Positions 1 through 10,532 of a stretch of 64,000 bases of DNA are shown piece after piece. Position 1 is the stretch's first letter, and each line of letters starts with the position of its first letter. A program made the position numbers and the translations under genes. Location of the stretch: contig JBCCHT010000017.1 of the NCBI GenBank assembly GCA_039028615.1, positions 32,001 to 96,000 on the forward strand, read 5' to 3'. This DNA is from Myxococcota bacterium (GTDB taxonomy: Bacteria; Myxococcota_A; Polyangia; Nannocystales; Nannocystaceae). The notes under the pieces were generated by a model. That model saw only the letters and a program-made list of their open reading frames with translations, did not search any database and was not told where the DNA came from.

Positions 1-1
1 G

Positions 2-1534
2 CAGCACGGGGCACTGCGTGCGCTGCTCGAAGGCCTGCAGCAAGCGATGGAAGCGATCGTTGTCGGCGGCCGAGACCGTCTGCACCCGGGCCGTGCCGTC
101 GTGGTGGATCGTGGCCGGGATCGACTCGAGGCCGGCCGGGCGGGCCCGGGCCGCGATCAGCATGTGCGGGCTCGGCTGCGACAGCTCGAAGAACTCCGAC
201 GCGCGGTCTTCGAGCACGGCCGGCGCAAAGGGGCGGAAGTCCTCGCGGAACTTCACCCGCCGGTTGAGGGTGTCCTTCATCTGCGCGGGAAAGGGCGCGG
301 TGATGATGCTGCGGTTGCCCAGCGCCCGCGGCCCATGCTCGGAGCGCCCCTGAAACCAGCCCACGATCGCGCCCGCAGCCAAATGCTCGGCCGTGTCCGC
401 GAACACGTCCTTGGAGCGCACCGCCTCCAAGCCAGCGTCGGTGGCTGCCTGCACGATCTGCGCGTCGTCGAAGCCCGAGCCGAGATACGGGTTGCGAAAC
501 CGCAGCGGCCGTAGCCCGGGGTCGTGGGCTCGCTGGGCGAGGTAGCACGAACCGACGCAGCCGCCGTTGTCGCCCGCCGCCCAGAACACGAAGATGTCGT
601 CGAAGATCCGCATGCGCTCGATGGCCCCGTTCATCGAGCAGTTGAGCGCCACCCCGCCGGCCAGGCACAGGCGGCGATGGTCGGGGCGAAGCTCGCGGGC
701 GCGTCGCAGCTGGCCGGTCACGATGGTCTCGAGGCGCTGCTGCACCGCCGCCGCCACGTCCATGTGGTGCTGGGTGACCGGGGCCTCGGGCTGCCGTCGC
801 GGGCCGAAGGTCGACAGGAAGCGCTCGCTGATCCACGTGTCGCGCTTCGTCGGGTAGGCGAACCACTCGGGGTTGATGCGAACCCCGAAGTCGCCGTCGA
901 CCTCGATCATCTCGCGGAACACGTCCTCGTAGGTCCTCGAGCCCCGCGGTACCGTATGGCTCGGATCGCCGAAGCCGGCCAAGCCCATCACGATCCCCTC
1001 GTCGCAGCTGATCTTCCAGCCCAGGTAAAACGTGATGGCGGTGTAGACCAGCCCCAAGGAGTGGGGGAACGCGCTGCCGCCGTGCAGGACCTCCAGGCCG
1101 CTGGGGTCGGCGGCACACAGCAGAGACGACGTGTTCTCGCCGATCGCGTCGTAGCTGGCCACGATCGCCCGATCGAAGCCACTGGGGTAGTACGCAGTCG
1201 CGACGTGACACTCGTGGTGCGAGTGAAACGTGACCGGGCCGGAATAGCCGAGCTCGCGCTGCACCAGCTGTTCGTACTGCGGCCGTGACCGGGTCGCCCG
1301 ACGCGGTGTGCCCTCGGGGATCAGCTCGGGATCGAAGTTGAAGGCGACCTCATCGATGTCGCTCAACGTGATCCCGGCCATGCGAAGGCAGTCCATGACC
1401 GCTTCGGTGGGGAAGGCCCGGGTGTGTTTTTCCCCCGTGTAGCGCTCCTGCTCGCAGACGGCCACGATGCGCCCGTCCATCATCAACGCGGCGGCCGTGT
1501 CCCAGCCCCCGTGGGAGATCCCCAGGATGTTCAC
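2..1534 (-). CDS. Carbamoyltransferase (NodU/CmcH family), 3' end runs off the window
   Basis: Not in the ORF track; translated by hand from GTG at 1534: MNILGISHGGWDTAAALMMDGRIVAVCEQERYTGEKHTRAFP... and near the edge ...VKFREDFRPFAPAVL...IHHDGTARVQTV. These are the NodU N- and C-terminal motifs. GTGA overlap with the upstream stop. Confidence 0.92.
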   Translation of the reverse strand, partial: MNILGISHGGWDTAAALMMDGRIVAVCEQERYTGEKHTRAFPTEAVMDCLRMAGITLSDIDEVAFNFDPELIPEGTPRRATRSRPQYEQLVQRELGYSGPVTFHSHHECHVATAYYPSGFDRAIVASYDAIGENTSSLLCAADPSGLEVLHGGSAFPHSLGLVYTAITFYLGWKISCDEGIVMGLAGFGDPSHTVPRGSRTYEDVFREMIEVDGDFGVRINPEWFAYPTKRDTWISERFLSTFGPRRQPEAPVTQHHMDVAAAVQQRLETIVTGQLRRARELRPDHRRLCLAGGVALNCSMNGAIERMRIFDDIFVFWAAGDNGGCVGSCYLAQRAHDPGLRPLRFRNPYLGSGFDDAQIVQAATDAGLEAVRSKDVFADTAEHLAAGAIVGWFQGRSEHGPRALGNRSIITAPFPAQMKDTLNRRVKFREDFRPFAPAVLEDRASEFFELSQPSPHMLIAARARPAGLESIPATIHHDGTARVQTVSAADNDRFHRLLQAFEQRTQCPVL

Positions 1535-2487
1535 GTCAGCCCTCCCACTTCGGCGCCATGCGGAAAATGCCGGCAGTCGTAGCGCGGCAAGGCTTGCCGG
1601 GCACGCGGGTCGGCCAGGTGGTGAGGCGCGACGTCCTCGGGCTCGAGGCTGAAGCACCAATCGACGCCGGCCTCGAGCAGCAGGTCGACGGAGCGCTCGT
1701 CGAACGACTCCGCCCCCCCGTAGGGATACGCGAAGGTCCGGGCCGAGCCGCGGCAGTGCTGGGCGACCCACGAGAGCGATTCGAAGATCTCCTCGCGCTG
1801 CTCGGCTGCGCTCAGCTCGCTGAGCGAGTCGTGGCGAATCGAGTGCGCGCCCATGATCATCCCGTGGGCATCCATGTCCTGAATTTCCTGCGGGCTCAGG
1901 TAGATCATGCTCGGCTCCAGCTGCGGGAGATGGCGCTGCAGCAACGACGCGGTCAGGGCCCATCGAGCGTCCGTGTGCAGGTACCGTCGCCCGTTGATCA
2001 TCCGCTTGAGCGCGCCCGCGGGGGCATCCACCTCGCCCCGGTAGCGCTGCCGATAGTCGTCGCGAGCCTCGGCCCGCAGCGCATCGGGGTGCCCGTCGAC
2101 CCACGCCATCGCGTCGCGCAGCACGACCTCGGGCGCGACCGCTCCGAGCAGGTGGTGAATCGCGTGCACGGGCAAGACCTCGCCCTGCGTGTGCGGAGCG
2201 GCGGCGATGTAGAACACCCCCGTCAGCCCGCGGGAGCGCAGCTCGGGATAGACCACGTCGTAGTGGCTGCGCAGACCGTCGTCGAAGGTCAACACGGCCA
2301 CGTCCTCCGGGGCCTCGCGACGGCCCGACAACATCTCGATGAGCTCCGCCGCGCTCGGGAAATGCCAGCGCTGCTGCAGGTGATCGAGCTGTCGACGAAA
2401 GCTCTCCGGTTCCAGACGTCGGATGCCACCGGGACGGGGGAACCGTGCATCGGGGCCTCGCACGTAGTGGTACAAGATCGCCTTCAC
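1531..2487 (-). CDS. Polysaccharide deacetylase (NodB-like) family protein
   Basis: ILYHYV, LTFDDG, GAHSIRH and FAYPYG motifs; translationally coupled to the carbamoyltransferase. Confidence 0.88.
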   Translation of the reverse strand: MKAILYHYVRGPDARFPRPGGIRRLEPESFRRQLDHLQQRWHFPSAAELIEMLSGRREAPEDVAVLTFDDGLRSHYDVVYPELRSRGLTGVFYIAAAPHTQGEVLPVHAIHHLLGAVAPEVVLRDAMAWVDGHPDALRAEARDDYRQRYRGEVDAPAGALKRMINGRRYLHTDARWALTASLLQRHLPQLEPSMIYLSPQEIQDMDAHGMIMGAHSIRHDSLSELSAAEQREEIFESLSWVAQHCRGSARTFAYPYGGAESFDERSVDLLLEAGVDWCFSLEPEDVAPHHLADPRARQALPRYDCRHFPHGAEVGGLT

Positions 2488-2591
2488 GTTGGAGCCCCTG
2501 GACTATCGCAGGCAGCACGGAGCGCATACAACCGTCCGCTGCCGCGCGGCTCCCGCGGGGCGCCCATGCGATACTTCGTAGCCCACCCCTC

Positions 2592-4889
2592 GTGACTCCA
2601 CCTTCGAAACGCGGGACGGCACGGCCCCAACCCACCTCCAAGCGGTCGGGTCGAGGCCTTCGATTGCGCCAGCCACCGCCGTGGAGCGCACCGCTGGTGG
2701 ACGCCGAGGTCCGGCGGGTCAGGATCGGCGCGACGCGACGCGGGCTGGTGTACGAGCTGGCGGTCGACGGGGGTGCAGCTCGGATTCAGCTGCCCTCCGA
2801 CGGGCGGACGGGCTTCGCCTGGCCCCTGCTGCAGGCCAAAGCGAGCCCGGGGGTCACGTTGGTGGCCGACGCCGTCTCGCGCCTACGGGACGACGCCAGC
2901 TTCCGTACCGACGTCAACCGCCACGCGTGGCTGCTGGGTCGGCTCTCGGGCACCGCCCTGCCCCATGCTCATCGCCCCTCGGACCTCGAGCGTTCGCTCG
3001 CCGAGCTGATGGAGACCCTCACCCACGAGGACCAAGCGCTGCGGCTGCCCGCGAACGCCCACGCCACCGACCCCTTCATCGCCGGCTTGTCGCGCTACTT
3101 CGCGGTGGTGCACGGCGAGTGGCCGAAGGTCTTCGCGCCGACCGAGCCCGGCATCACCGACTGGGCCGACCCCATCCACGCGCTATTCAACGGCGACGTC
3201 GAGGCGCTGCAACGGCTGTCTCGCGAGACCTCGCTCGCCGGCTCACCGCTGGCCAACATCGTCGGCACCCTCTTCAAGGACATCGGGTTCATCGACGCGG
3301 GCGTGGACCTCATCGCCAGCAGCGTGGCGGGGCTCGAGCCGACGGAGCAGGCCGACGTCCTGCTCGGGCTCGGACAGGTCCAGGGGCGCACGGGCAAGCT
3401 CGCCGACGCCCAGGCGACCCTGCGCCAGGCCGCCATGCTCTCCGGCCACGATGCTCGTTTCTCTCGCCGTGTCGCGGCCGAGCTGGTGCGGGTGGGTGCG
3501 ATCGACGACGCGTATCTCGTGCTCGACGAGTACTGCACGAAAGACCCGGACAACGCGGACACGCTGGTCGAGCTGATCAAGCTGCTGCTCTTCGCCGGGC
3601 AGTGGGACCGCGCGCTCGAGCGGCTCGACCGGGTCGAAGCCCTCGCCCCCGAGCGCCCCGAGATCCTCCGGTACCGGGGCGCCATCGCGGTCGAGCGTCG
3701 GCAGCTCGATCGGGCGGTCCAGCTGCTCGAAGCGTTGATCGCGGCTCATCCTTCGGATCGCGAGGGGCGGACCTGGCTGGTCGAGGCGCTGATCCACCGC
3801 GGGCAGCTCGACGAGGCCCGGTCTCATCACCACGAAGCGCGGGCGGAGCACGACAGCGCGGTCCACATCCTCTTGCACGGTGCGCTCGCCAAGCAGGGAC
3901 GGGTGTCACGTGACGCCGAGCTGACCGCGTTGCTCACCGAGCTGGGCGACGAGGTCGACCCGGAGCAGATGGTGACCGAGCAGACCCGGGCACGGATCCT
4001 CGAGCACCTCGCCTCGCTCCGCGGCAGCCGCGGAGAGGTGCTCGTACAGGTCGACCCCTCGAGCACCGGGCCCACCGGGGTCCGCATGTTCGGGATGAAG
4101 AAGGTCGAGACCCGCTTGCAGAGCCGCACCGAGGCGGCCGAGGCGGTCAAGAGCATCATGCACGTGCCGGTCGAGCAGGTCCTGGCGACCTTTGCCGAGC
4201 TCGAGCAGCGCTACCCCGAGTCCCCCCACCCCTTCTTCTATCGCGGCGAGATCCACCTGTGGATGGGCGACTACGACGACGCGCTGAGGGACTTCGAGAC
4301 GGGGCTCCAACGCGATGCCGCGCGCTGGGGCTACGTGGGGCCGGCCGCCGTGCACATCTTGCGAGGCAACTACGACGCGGTGCCCGAGCTGATCGCCGAG
4401 TGCAACCGTCGGTTCCCGCCCGTCCCCAGCGCTTCGACCTCCATCTACCTCGGCGAGATGCACCGCCGCCGCGGCGAGCTCGACGTGGCCGCGAAACAAC
4501 TGACCGAGTCGCTGCGCGTGAAGCCGGGGCGCATCTCGGCATGGATCAACCTGGCGCTGGTGCACGAGCAGGCGGGTCACGCCGACGAAGCAGCCGAAGT
4601 CTTCGCCCGGATCCAACGCTGGGCCCCACGGCTTCTGTGGGACAGCCGGCGCGCGGTCGAGGCCTCGGGCGGAGCGCGGTGCAGCTGGCCTCCCACCGCC
4701 GCCGACATGCCCGTCTTGCTCGAGCAGAGCCTCACGATGATGCGAGGCAATCGCTCGTCCCACTGCGTCACCTACTTCGACCACGACGGGAAGTTCCGGC
4801 GGGTCTTCGACGCGGGGCACTGGCGAGAACAACTCAGCCGCATGCGCGTGCTCTTGTTCGCCGAGAGCCGCCGACGCCTGGTGGAGTGA
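2592..4889 (+). CDS. Tetratricopeptide-repeat protein
   Basis: Many TPR-like helical repeats (e.g. FYRGEIHLWMGDYDDALRDF, AWINLALVHEQAG). Start uncertain; ORF is open from 2445. Confidence 0.75.
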   Translation: MTPPSKRGTARPQPTSKRSGRGLRLRQPPPWSAPLVDAEVRRVRIGATRRGLVYELAVDGGAARIQLPSDGRTGFAWPLLQAKASPGVTLVADAVSRLRDDASFRTDVNRHAWLLGRLSGTALPHAHRPSDLERSLAELMETLTHEDQALRLPANAHATDPFIAGLSRYFAVVHGEWPKVFAPTEPGITDWADPIHALFNGDVEALQRLSRETSLAGSPLANIVGTLFKDIGFIDAGVDLIASSVAGLEPTEQADVLLGLGQVQGRTGKLADAQATLRQAAMLSGHDARFSRRVAAELVRVGAIDDAYLVLDEYCTKDPDNADTLVELIKLLLFAGQWDRALERLDRVEALAPERPEILRYRGAIAVERRQLDRAVQLLEALIAAHPSDREGRTWLVEALIHRGQLDEARSHHHEARAEHDSAVHILLHGALAKQGRVSRDAELTALLTELGDEVDPEQMVTEQTRARILEHLASLRGSRGEVLVQVDPSSTGPTGVRMFGMKKVETRLQSRTEAAEAVKSIMHVPVEQVLATFAELEQRYPESPHPFFYRGEIHLWMGDYDDALRDFETGLQRDAARWGYVGPAAVHILRGNYDAVPELIAECNRRFPPVPSASTSIYLGEMHRRRGELDVAAKQLTESLRVKPGRISAWINLALVHEQAGHADEAAEVFARIQRWAPRLLWDSRRAVEASGGARCSWPPTAADMPVLLEQSLTMMRGNRSSHCVTYFDHDGKFRRVFDAGHWREQLSRMRVLLFAESRRRLVE

Positions 4890-4896
4890 TTCGACG

Positions 4897-6117
4897 ATGA
4901 CGTCTGCAGGGCCCCTCTCCGACATCCAGCTCGCGGTGATGCCGGCACAGCCGGAGCACGAGACCCGCGTGTTCCTGCAGATCGACGACTTCCCCGCGGT
5001 GGTCGACGTCGGAGGGCAGAAGAAGCCCGGCGTGCTGGTGCTGGCCGGGTACACGCTCTACGGCGATGCCGTCCGCAACGCGGCCCCGAACCTGCGCGCC
5101 TTCGGCATCGCGCTAGGGCGCCTGTCCGCCGCCTGGGGATCGCGACTCGCCCCGTCGAGCCAGGCCGCGGCCTTGCGCCATGCCGTCGAAGACCCCGCCG
5201 CCCACCTCCGCGTGCTGCGTTGGGCCGCGGGCATGGAGATGAACGCCGAGGTCTGGACCACCTCGGACTTCCGCTTTCTCGCCGCGTTCGCCCCGAGCTT
5301 CGACGCCGCCGAGCTCCGAGCGCACAAGCACGCGCTCAAGCGCGCCGCCCTGAGCGAGCTTCGTCCCGAGTTCCTCGCCGCTCCGCACGTGTTCGTCCTG
5401 GGTCACGCGCGTAGCGGCACGCGATGGCTGGTGCGAGTCCTCGAGGAGATCTGCCGGGCGGGCGGGGCCGCGGTTCGCTTCGGCCCCATGGTGGAGCCCG
5501 GTCACGCCAAGCTGGTCTCGGAGCTCGGAGACACGGGAGGGCTCTTCGCCGACTCGGGGGAGGTCCCCGTCGCGGAGACCGACGATCCGGCCGTGCTCAT
5601 GCAACGGCTGTGTCCAATCCCCGGCTACTTGGCGTGCAAGCTGGCGTTCCAGTACGCCTCGAAGCTGGAGCTCTTTCCCAACGCCCGGCCCTTCGTGATC
5701 GTGCGAGATCCGAGGAACGTATTCCTGTCGAAAAAGGCGTTCCTCCCCGATCGCCCTCGCCATGTGCGGGAGCACCTGCGCGGCTTCGTCCGCGGCATGC
5801 TCACGGCCCGTAACGACGCCGAGCGTATTGGAGCACCGTGCATTCGTTACGAGGACATGCTCGAAAAGCCGCGCGAGACCTTTGCCGGCCTGGCCGAGTC
5901 ACTGGGTGTGACCCTCGACGACGAGGCCCTACGTGACTTGGTCGGGCGCACCAGCTTCAAGGCGATGAGCGGAGGCCGTGCCTACGGCGATCGCCGCAAT
6001 GGCGAGTACATGCGCGGCGGGTCACAGTGGGAGACCGAGTTCAATGACGACGACCGAGCGTGGATCGCCGACAACCTCGGCTCGGAACTCGAAACGCTCG
6101 GCTACGACCTCGAGTAA
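4897..6117 (+). CDS. Sulfotransferase-domain protein
   Basis: PAPS-binding motifs VFVLGHARSGTRWL and IVRDPRNV, plus RYEDMLEKP. Confidence 0.82.
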   Translation: MTSAGPLSDIQLAVMPAQPEHETRVFLQIDDFPAVVDVGGQKKPGVLVLAGYTLYGDAVRNAAPNLRAFGIALGRLSAAWGSRLAPSSQAAALRHAVEDPAAHLRVLRWAAGMEMNAEVWTTSDFRFLAAFAPSFDAAELRAHKHALKRAALSELRPEFLAAPHVFVLGHARSGTRWLVRVLEEICRAGGAAVRFGPMVEPGHAKLVSELGDTGGLFADSGEVPVAETDDPAVLMQRLCPIPGYLACKLAFQYASKLELFPNARPFVIVRDPRNVFLSKKAFLPDRPRHVREHLRGFVRGMLTARNDAERIGAPCIRYEDMLEKPRETFAGLAESLGVTLDDEALRDLVGRTSFKAMSGGRAYGDRRNGEYMRGGSQWETEFNDDDRAWIADNLGSELETLGYDLE

Positions 6118-6176
6118 GTGGCGAAAGCCGCACGCGTGACAGCGCTGAAATCTCGCCCGTACGGTCGGCGGGACCT

Positions 6177-8135
6177 ATGGAGCGAAGCCGATCGTCGGTG
6201 CTATCCTCGCGCCTCTTTTCCTTGGAGAGAACATTGGCACACGGATCGGCTTCGGTTACCAGGCTCCTGCTCTGCGCGCCATTTGGCGCCCTCGCTTTCT
6301 CCGCGGCCACCACCGCGAACGCGGCGAGCCCGACTTACTACGACAACTCCGCGACGTTTCTGGGCGACCTCTCCACCACCGTCACCGACGACTACTCCGA
6401 CGGCGGCTACGGGTTCATCCAGAACAACGCCACCATGAGCAACGTGCTCGGCGAGACGGACTACGAGAGCACCGGGCTCGACAACCAGAACACGGTGTTC
6501 AACTCGGGCGGCGACTTCCGCTACTGCTCGGGCTGCACGGGCTCGTTCCGGCTGTCGTTCCAGACGACCAGCGTAGGCACGGGCTCGGGCGTCATCGGGG
6601 CCGGCTTCTTCGTCGAGTCCCACGACCTGAGCTCCCCCTACGTCGCGTTCGTCACCTTCGCCGACGGCACCACCGAGAACGTGGCCCTACCTGCGGGCGG
6701 CAACTTCTGGGGCGTGACCGCGGCCGAGCGCATCGAGTCGATCCACATCGGTCTGCCCGGGGGCGTCGCCACGACCAGCGGCAACTTCGCAATCGACGAT
6801 CTGGTCGTCGGCGACGGCGTGGTGCCCGATAGCGACTGCTGCTCCGACAGCCCGATGAACCTGCCCGGCTGCCTCGACCTGACCTGCGAGGCGTCGGTCT
6901 GTGCAGCCCTGCCCTTCTGCTGCGACACCGAGTGGGACAACCTGTGCGCGTTCCAGGCCGAGGCCCTGTGCCCCGCCGTGTGCAATAGCTGCGGCAACGG
7001 GGTCGTGGCCGATGGCGAGGAGTGCGACGACGGGGGCGAGTCGGCCACCTGCAACGCCGACTGCACCTTTGCCGAGTGCGGCGACCTCCAGATCAACGCC
7101 AGCGCGGGCGAAGACTGTGACGAGGGCGGCATCGAGTCCGCGACCTGCGACGCCAACTGCACCGCGGTGGCCTGTGGCGACGGCGACCTCAACCTCACCG
7201 TCGGCGAAATCTGTGACGGCGGGGGCGAGACGGTCGACTGCGACACCGACTGCACCCCGGCCGAGTGCGGCGACCTCACCGTCAACAACACCGCGGGCGA
7301 GACCTGCGACGACGGTGCCCGCTCGGCCGGCTGCAACGCCGACTGCACCACCGCCAGCTGCGGTGATGGTGTCCTCAACGCCACGGCAGGCGAAATCTGC
7401 GACGCCGGCGGTGAGTCGGCCGAGTGCGACGTCGACTGCACCGTGGCCGAGTGCGGCGACGCGGTCGTCAACGCCACCGCGGGCGAGGCCTGCGACACGG
7501 GGGCCGAGTCCGTCGAGTGCAACGACGACTGCACCGTCGCGGCCTGCGGCGACGGCATCCTCAACACCGCGGCGGGTGAGAACTGCGACGACGGAGGCGA
7601 GACGGCCACCTGCGACATCGACTGCACCGTCGCCAACTGCGGAGACGGGGTCGTCAACACCACCGCGGGCGAAGAATGCGACGACTCGGGCGAGTCGGCC
7701 GAGTGCGACGACAACTGCACCGTGGCCGAGTGCGGCGACGGAGTGATCAACGTCAGCGCGGGCGAAGAGTGCGAGGACACCAACACCGAGGACGGCGACG
7801 GGTGCTCTTCGCAGTGCACCATCGAGCGAGACTCGGGCAGCAGCAGCGGCGGCGGGTCGACCGGGGACTCCGGCAACGCCGAGGGTGACACCACGGCCGC
7901 GGGTGGCGACACCACGGGCGACGACGCCAACGACGAGACCGCGACGCCGGGCTCCACCAGCACCACCGGGTCCACGGGCGCGACCGGGAGCGGCGACACG
8001 GCCGACGCAGCCGAGCCCGCGGGCGGCTGCAACTGCTCGACCAGCGACGAGGGGCAGACCCCGGGCGTGGTCTGGTCCCTGCTCGCTCTATTCGGTTTCG
8101 GCGCCGCGCGTCGCCGCCGACGCCGAGCCGCCTGA
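6177..8135 (+). CDS. Exported Cys-rich repeat (DUF4215-like) surface protein with MYXO-CTERM tail
   Basis: Signal-like N-terminus, 9 CGDG..N..AGE.CD...C...C repeats, Ser/Thr/Gly linker, C-terminal GCNCST..hydrophobic..RRRRR. Confidence 0.85.
   Translation: MERSRSSVLSSRLFSLERTLAHGSASVTRLLLCAPFGALAFSAATTANAASPTYYDNSATFLGDLSTTVTDDYSDGGYGFIQNNATMSNVLGETDYESTGLDNQNTVFNSGGDFRYCSGCTGSFRLSFQTTSVGTGSGVIGAGFFVESHDLSSPYVAFVTFADGTTENVALPAGGNFWGVTAAERIESIHIGLPGGVATTSGNFAIDDLVVGDGVVPDSDCCSDSPMNLPGCLDLTCEASVCAALPFCCDTEWDNLCAFQAEALCPAVCNSCGNGVVADGEECDDGGESATCNADCTFAECGDLQINASAGEDCDEGGIESATCDANCTAVACGDGDLNLTVGEICDGGGETVDCDTDCTPAECGDLTVNNTAGETCDDGARSAGCNADCTTASCGDGVLNATAGEICDAGGESAECDVDCTVAECGDAVVNATAGEACDTGAESVECNDDCTVAACGDGILNTAAGENCDDGGETATCDIDCTVANCGDGVVNTTAGEECDDSGESAECDDNCTVAECGDGVINVSAGEECEDTNTEDGDGCSSQCTIERDSGSSSGGGSTGDSGNAEGDTTAAGGDTTGDDANDETATPGSTSTTGSTGATGSGDTADAAEPAGGCNCSTSDEGQTPGVVWSLLALFGFGAARRRRRRAA
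6990..7826 (+). repeat. Nine ~93-nt coding tandem repeats (Cys-rich repeat)
   Basis: Counted in the translation: CGNG.../CGD... units of about 31 aa. Confidence 0.8.
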
Positions 8136-8146
8136 GCAGCTCGCCG

Positions 8147-8179
8147 GTTGGGGGGCGGCGCTTCCGTCCGCTCCCCGAC
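8147..8179. terminator. GC-rich hairpin between convergent genes (possible terminator)
   Basis: gttggggggcgg / ccgctccccgac 12-bp stem including G-U pairs; no clear U-tract. Confidence 0.35.
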
Positions 8180-8191
8180 GCCTCCGCTCGA

Positions 8192-10183
8192 CTACTCGAG
8201 GTTCGAGCGGAGGATGGTCAGTGAGTCGACCTCGGTGCCGTCGACGTCGTAGACGGTGGCCACGAGCGCCGGGTCGACGGCACTCGTGTCGATCTCGAGG
8301 TTCATGAAGTAGTTGCTGCCGCTGAAGCAGTTGACCAGCTCGCCGCCGATGGGCGGGCAGGCGGCGATCGAGCTGTTGGCCATGGCCGACGACGTCAGCT
8401 CGGGGATGGGATAGCCCCCCTTCACCGCGGGCAGGGTTCGGAACTCCGAGCGACGGATGTCGCCCGAGAGCAGCACCACCCCGGTGATGACCTCGTCGGC
8501 GATGTGCTGCAGCAGGCGCTGCTGCGCCGTGGGGAAGTTGGCCCACGACTGGCTCGCCGTGCTGTCGAGCGAGAACTGGCTGCCGCTGGCGATGAGCTTG
8601 AAGGTCGCGGTAGAGGCCGAGAGCGCATCGAGCAGCCACTGCTCCTGCGCGTCACCAGTGATCGAGTCGTCGAGCCCACGGTAGTAGCGATCGTCGATCA
8701 TGAAGATGTCGACGTCGCGATACGAGTGCATGCTGAAGATGCCCGGCGTGACCGCGAGCCCGTACGAAGGGTTGGCCCAGTACTCGGAGAAGGCCTGCAG
8801 CGAGAACTGCTTGCCAGTGGCGTTGCCGTCCTCACCGGAGCCCGTGTAGTCCAGGTCGTCCCAGATCGACAGGATCGAAGCCTCGTGCTGGAGCACGCTC
8901 CGCAGCCCTCGGCTGCGAGTGTAGCGGTAGTACTGCCGCAGCGTGGTCAGGTTGGAGGAGCCAGCGAAGTGGTTGTCGCCGAGGAACAGGAACACGTCGG
9001 GCTCGACGTCGCGAACCCCCTGCCAGATCGGCTGGTCGTCGGCGCCCGCCGAGGAGCCCATCGCCATCGACCACGTGCCGGACTCGCCCACGTCGGGGGC
9101 GGTGTTGAACGACCACGGGCCGTAGCGCGTACCGTCGATCTCGATGTCGTAGAAGTACTCCGTGTCGGGAGTCAGGCCGCCCACGTGCACGGTCTCGGTG
9201 AAGTCGTTCACGATGACCGGATAGCCGTAGTCCACGACCGGCGCGGACTGGAGCTCGACGAGGCTGGTGGCGACACGCAGCAGCACCGCCCGCGTGTGGT
9301 CGGTGCGGTACCAGATGCGCGCGTCGGTGGGCCCCATCGCGCCGAGCATGGGACCGTGCGTGATCGGGGTCGGCCAGATGGTGTCGCAGTGATTGCCGAA
9401 ACCGTCGGGATCGGCCCAGGCCGACAGCTCGCCCTCGCCGTTGCCGAAGTAGATGTCGAGCCCGTCCCGGCAATAGACCGGGTTGCCATCGAACGAGACC
9501 TGGAACCCCAGCGGCTTCCAAGCGTCGTTCCCCTCCGAGGTCAGGTAGAACTCCATGCTCTGGATGTCGGCGACGGCCGCCCCGTCCGCGTCGATGGTCA
9601 TGACGTCGTAGTTGGCGCGCCCCCGGTCCGCCCAGTCCTCGATGTCGAGCGCCTGGCACAGCCCGAGATCCGGGAAGCACACCTCGAACGAGTCGCCGCT
9701 CTCCGCGTCGGCCTCGACGTCGGTGTGCACGGTGATGTGAATCGTGTCGACCGTATCGCCGAAGGTGGGCGGGCCCGGATCCATGCACCCTTCGCCGTCG
9801 TTGGGCACGCCCTCGTCGATCTCTTCGTTGCAGTTCTGGTCGATGCCGTCGCAGACCTCGACCCCGTCGGCAAAGCCGGTCGGGTCGTCACCGTTGCAAT
9901 CCTCGGGCTCGCCGGTTCCCGTGGTCGTGTCCGATGACGCGTCGGTATCCCCGTCGCTCGTGGTCGTGTTCCCCCCCGCGCCCGTCGAGGACTCGTCGTC
10001 TGGAGAGGGAGTGCCCGTGGTGGTGGTCGCCTCGACCGTTCCGGTCGAGGTCGGATCCTCCGTGTCGAGCATCGTGTCGGGAGGGTCGAAACAACCGATC
10101 GCCGTCGAGCCGAACACCAAGGAAAAAATCGTAGAGCATGCGGCATCGCGGCGCTTACCGGGCATGCCATCATGCTGCCTCAT
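8192..10183 (-). CDS. phoD: PhoD-family alkaline phosphatase, probable lipoprotein with Thr-rich linker and Cys/Asp-rich segment
   Basis: Lipobox-like TAIGC; PhoD motifs FLFLGDNHF, IWDDLD, DDRYYRG, LSGDIR; HGPMLG..ARIW N-terminal domain. Some canonical His ligands appear substituted (DDLD, GDIR). Confidence 0.75.
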   Translation of the reverse strand: MRQHDGMPGKRRDAACSTIFSLVFGSTAIGCFDPPDTMLDTEDPTSTGTVEATTTTGTPSPDDESSTGAGGNTTTSDGDTDASSDTTTGTGEPEDCNGDDPTGFADGVEVCDGIDQNCNEEIDEGVPNDGEGCMDPGPPTFGDTVDTIHITVHTDVEADAESGDSFEVCFPDLGLCQALDIEDWADRGRANYDVMTIDADGAAVADIQSMEFYLTSEGNDAWKPLGFQVSFDGNPVYCRDGLDIYFGNGEGELSAWADPDGFGNHCDTIWPTPITHGPMLGAMGPTDARIWYRTDHTRAVLLRVATSLVELQSAPVVDYGYPVIVNDFTETVHVGGLTPDTEYFYDIEIDGTRYGPWSFNTAPDVGESGTWSMAMGSSAGADDQPIWQGVRDVEPDVFLFLGDNHFAGSSNLTTLRQYYRYTRSRGLRSVLQHEASILSIWDDLDYTGSGEDGNATGKQFSLQAFSEYWANPSYGLAVTPGIFSMHSYRDVDIFMIDDRYYRGLDDSITGDAQEQWLLDALSASTATFKLIASGSQFSLDSTASQSWANFPTAQQRLLQHIADEVITGVVLLSGDIRRSEFRTLPAVKGGYPIPELTSSAMANSSIAACPPIGGELVNCFSGSNYFMNLEIDTSAVDPALVATVYDVDGTEVDSLTILRSNLE

Positions 10184-10532
10184 TTGCGGTGACCGTCAAA
10201 GGGTTTGAGCCTCGTAGCACTCGACATGAGGGCGCCTACGCGGCAATCCACGTTCACCGTGCGAATCAACCAACGCGCGGCACCAATAAAGGACTGGCCA
10301 CAACAGTCGTGGCCACGGTGGCTAGCGGGGAACCGACTGCACCCCGGCTTCGAACGGCAACGAACGAACCGCTCGCGCGTTGCCACGCACGCGAACATCT
10401 CCACGCGATCACGGTCGTCCGACCGTTCGTTAGGCAAGCGCGGTCTGTGATCCGCGACATCGACACGCCGTCGATGACTCGTCCTCGATAACGTCGAGCG
10501 CAGCCGTGTGTCGGGCACCGAGCCCGAGCCGA

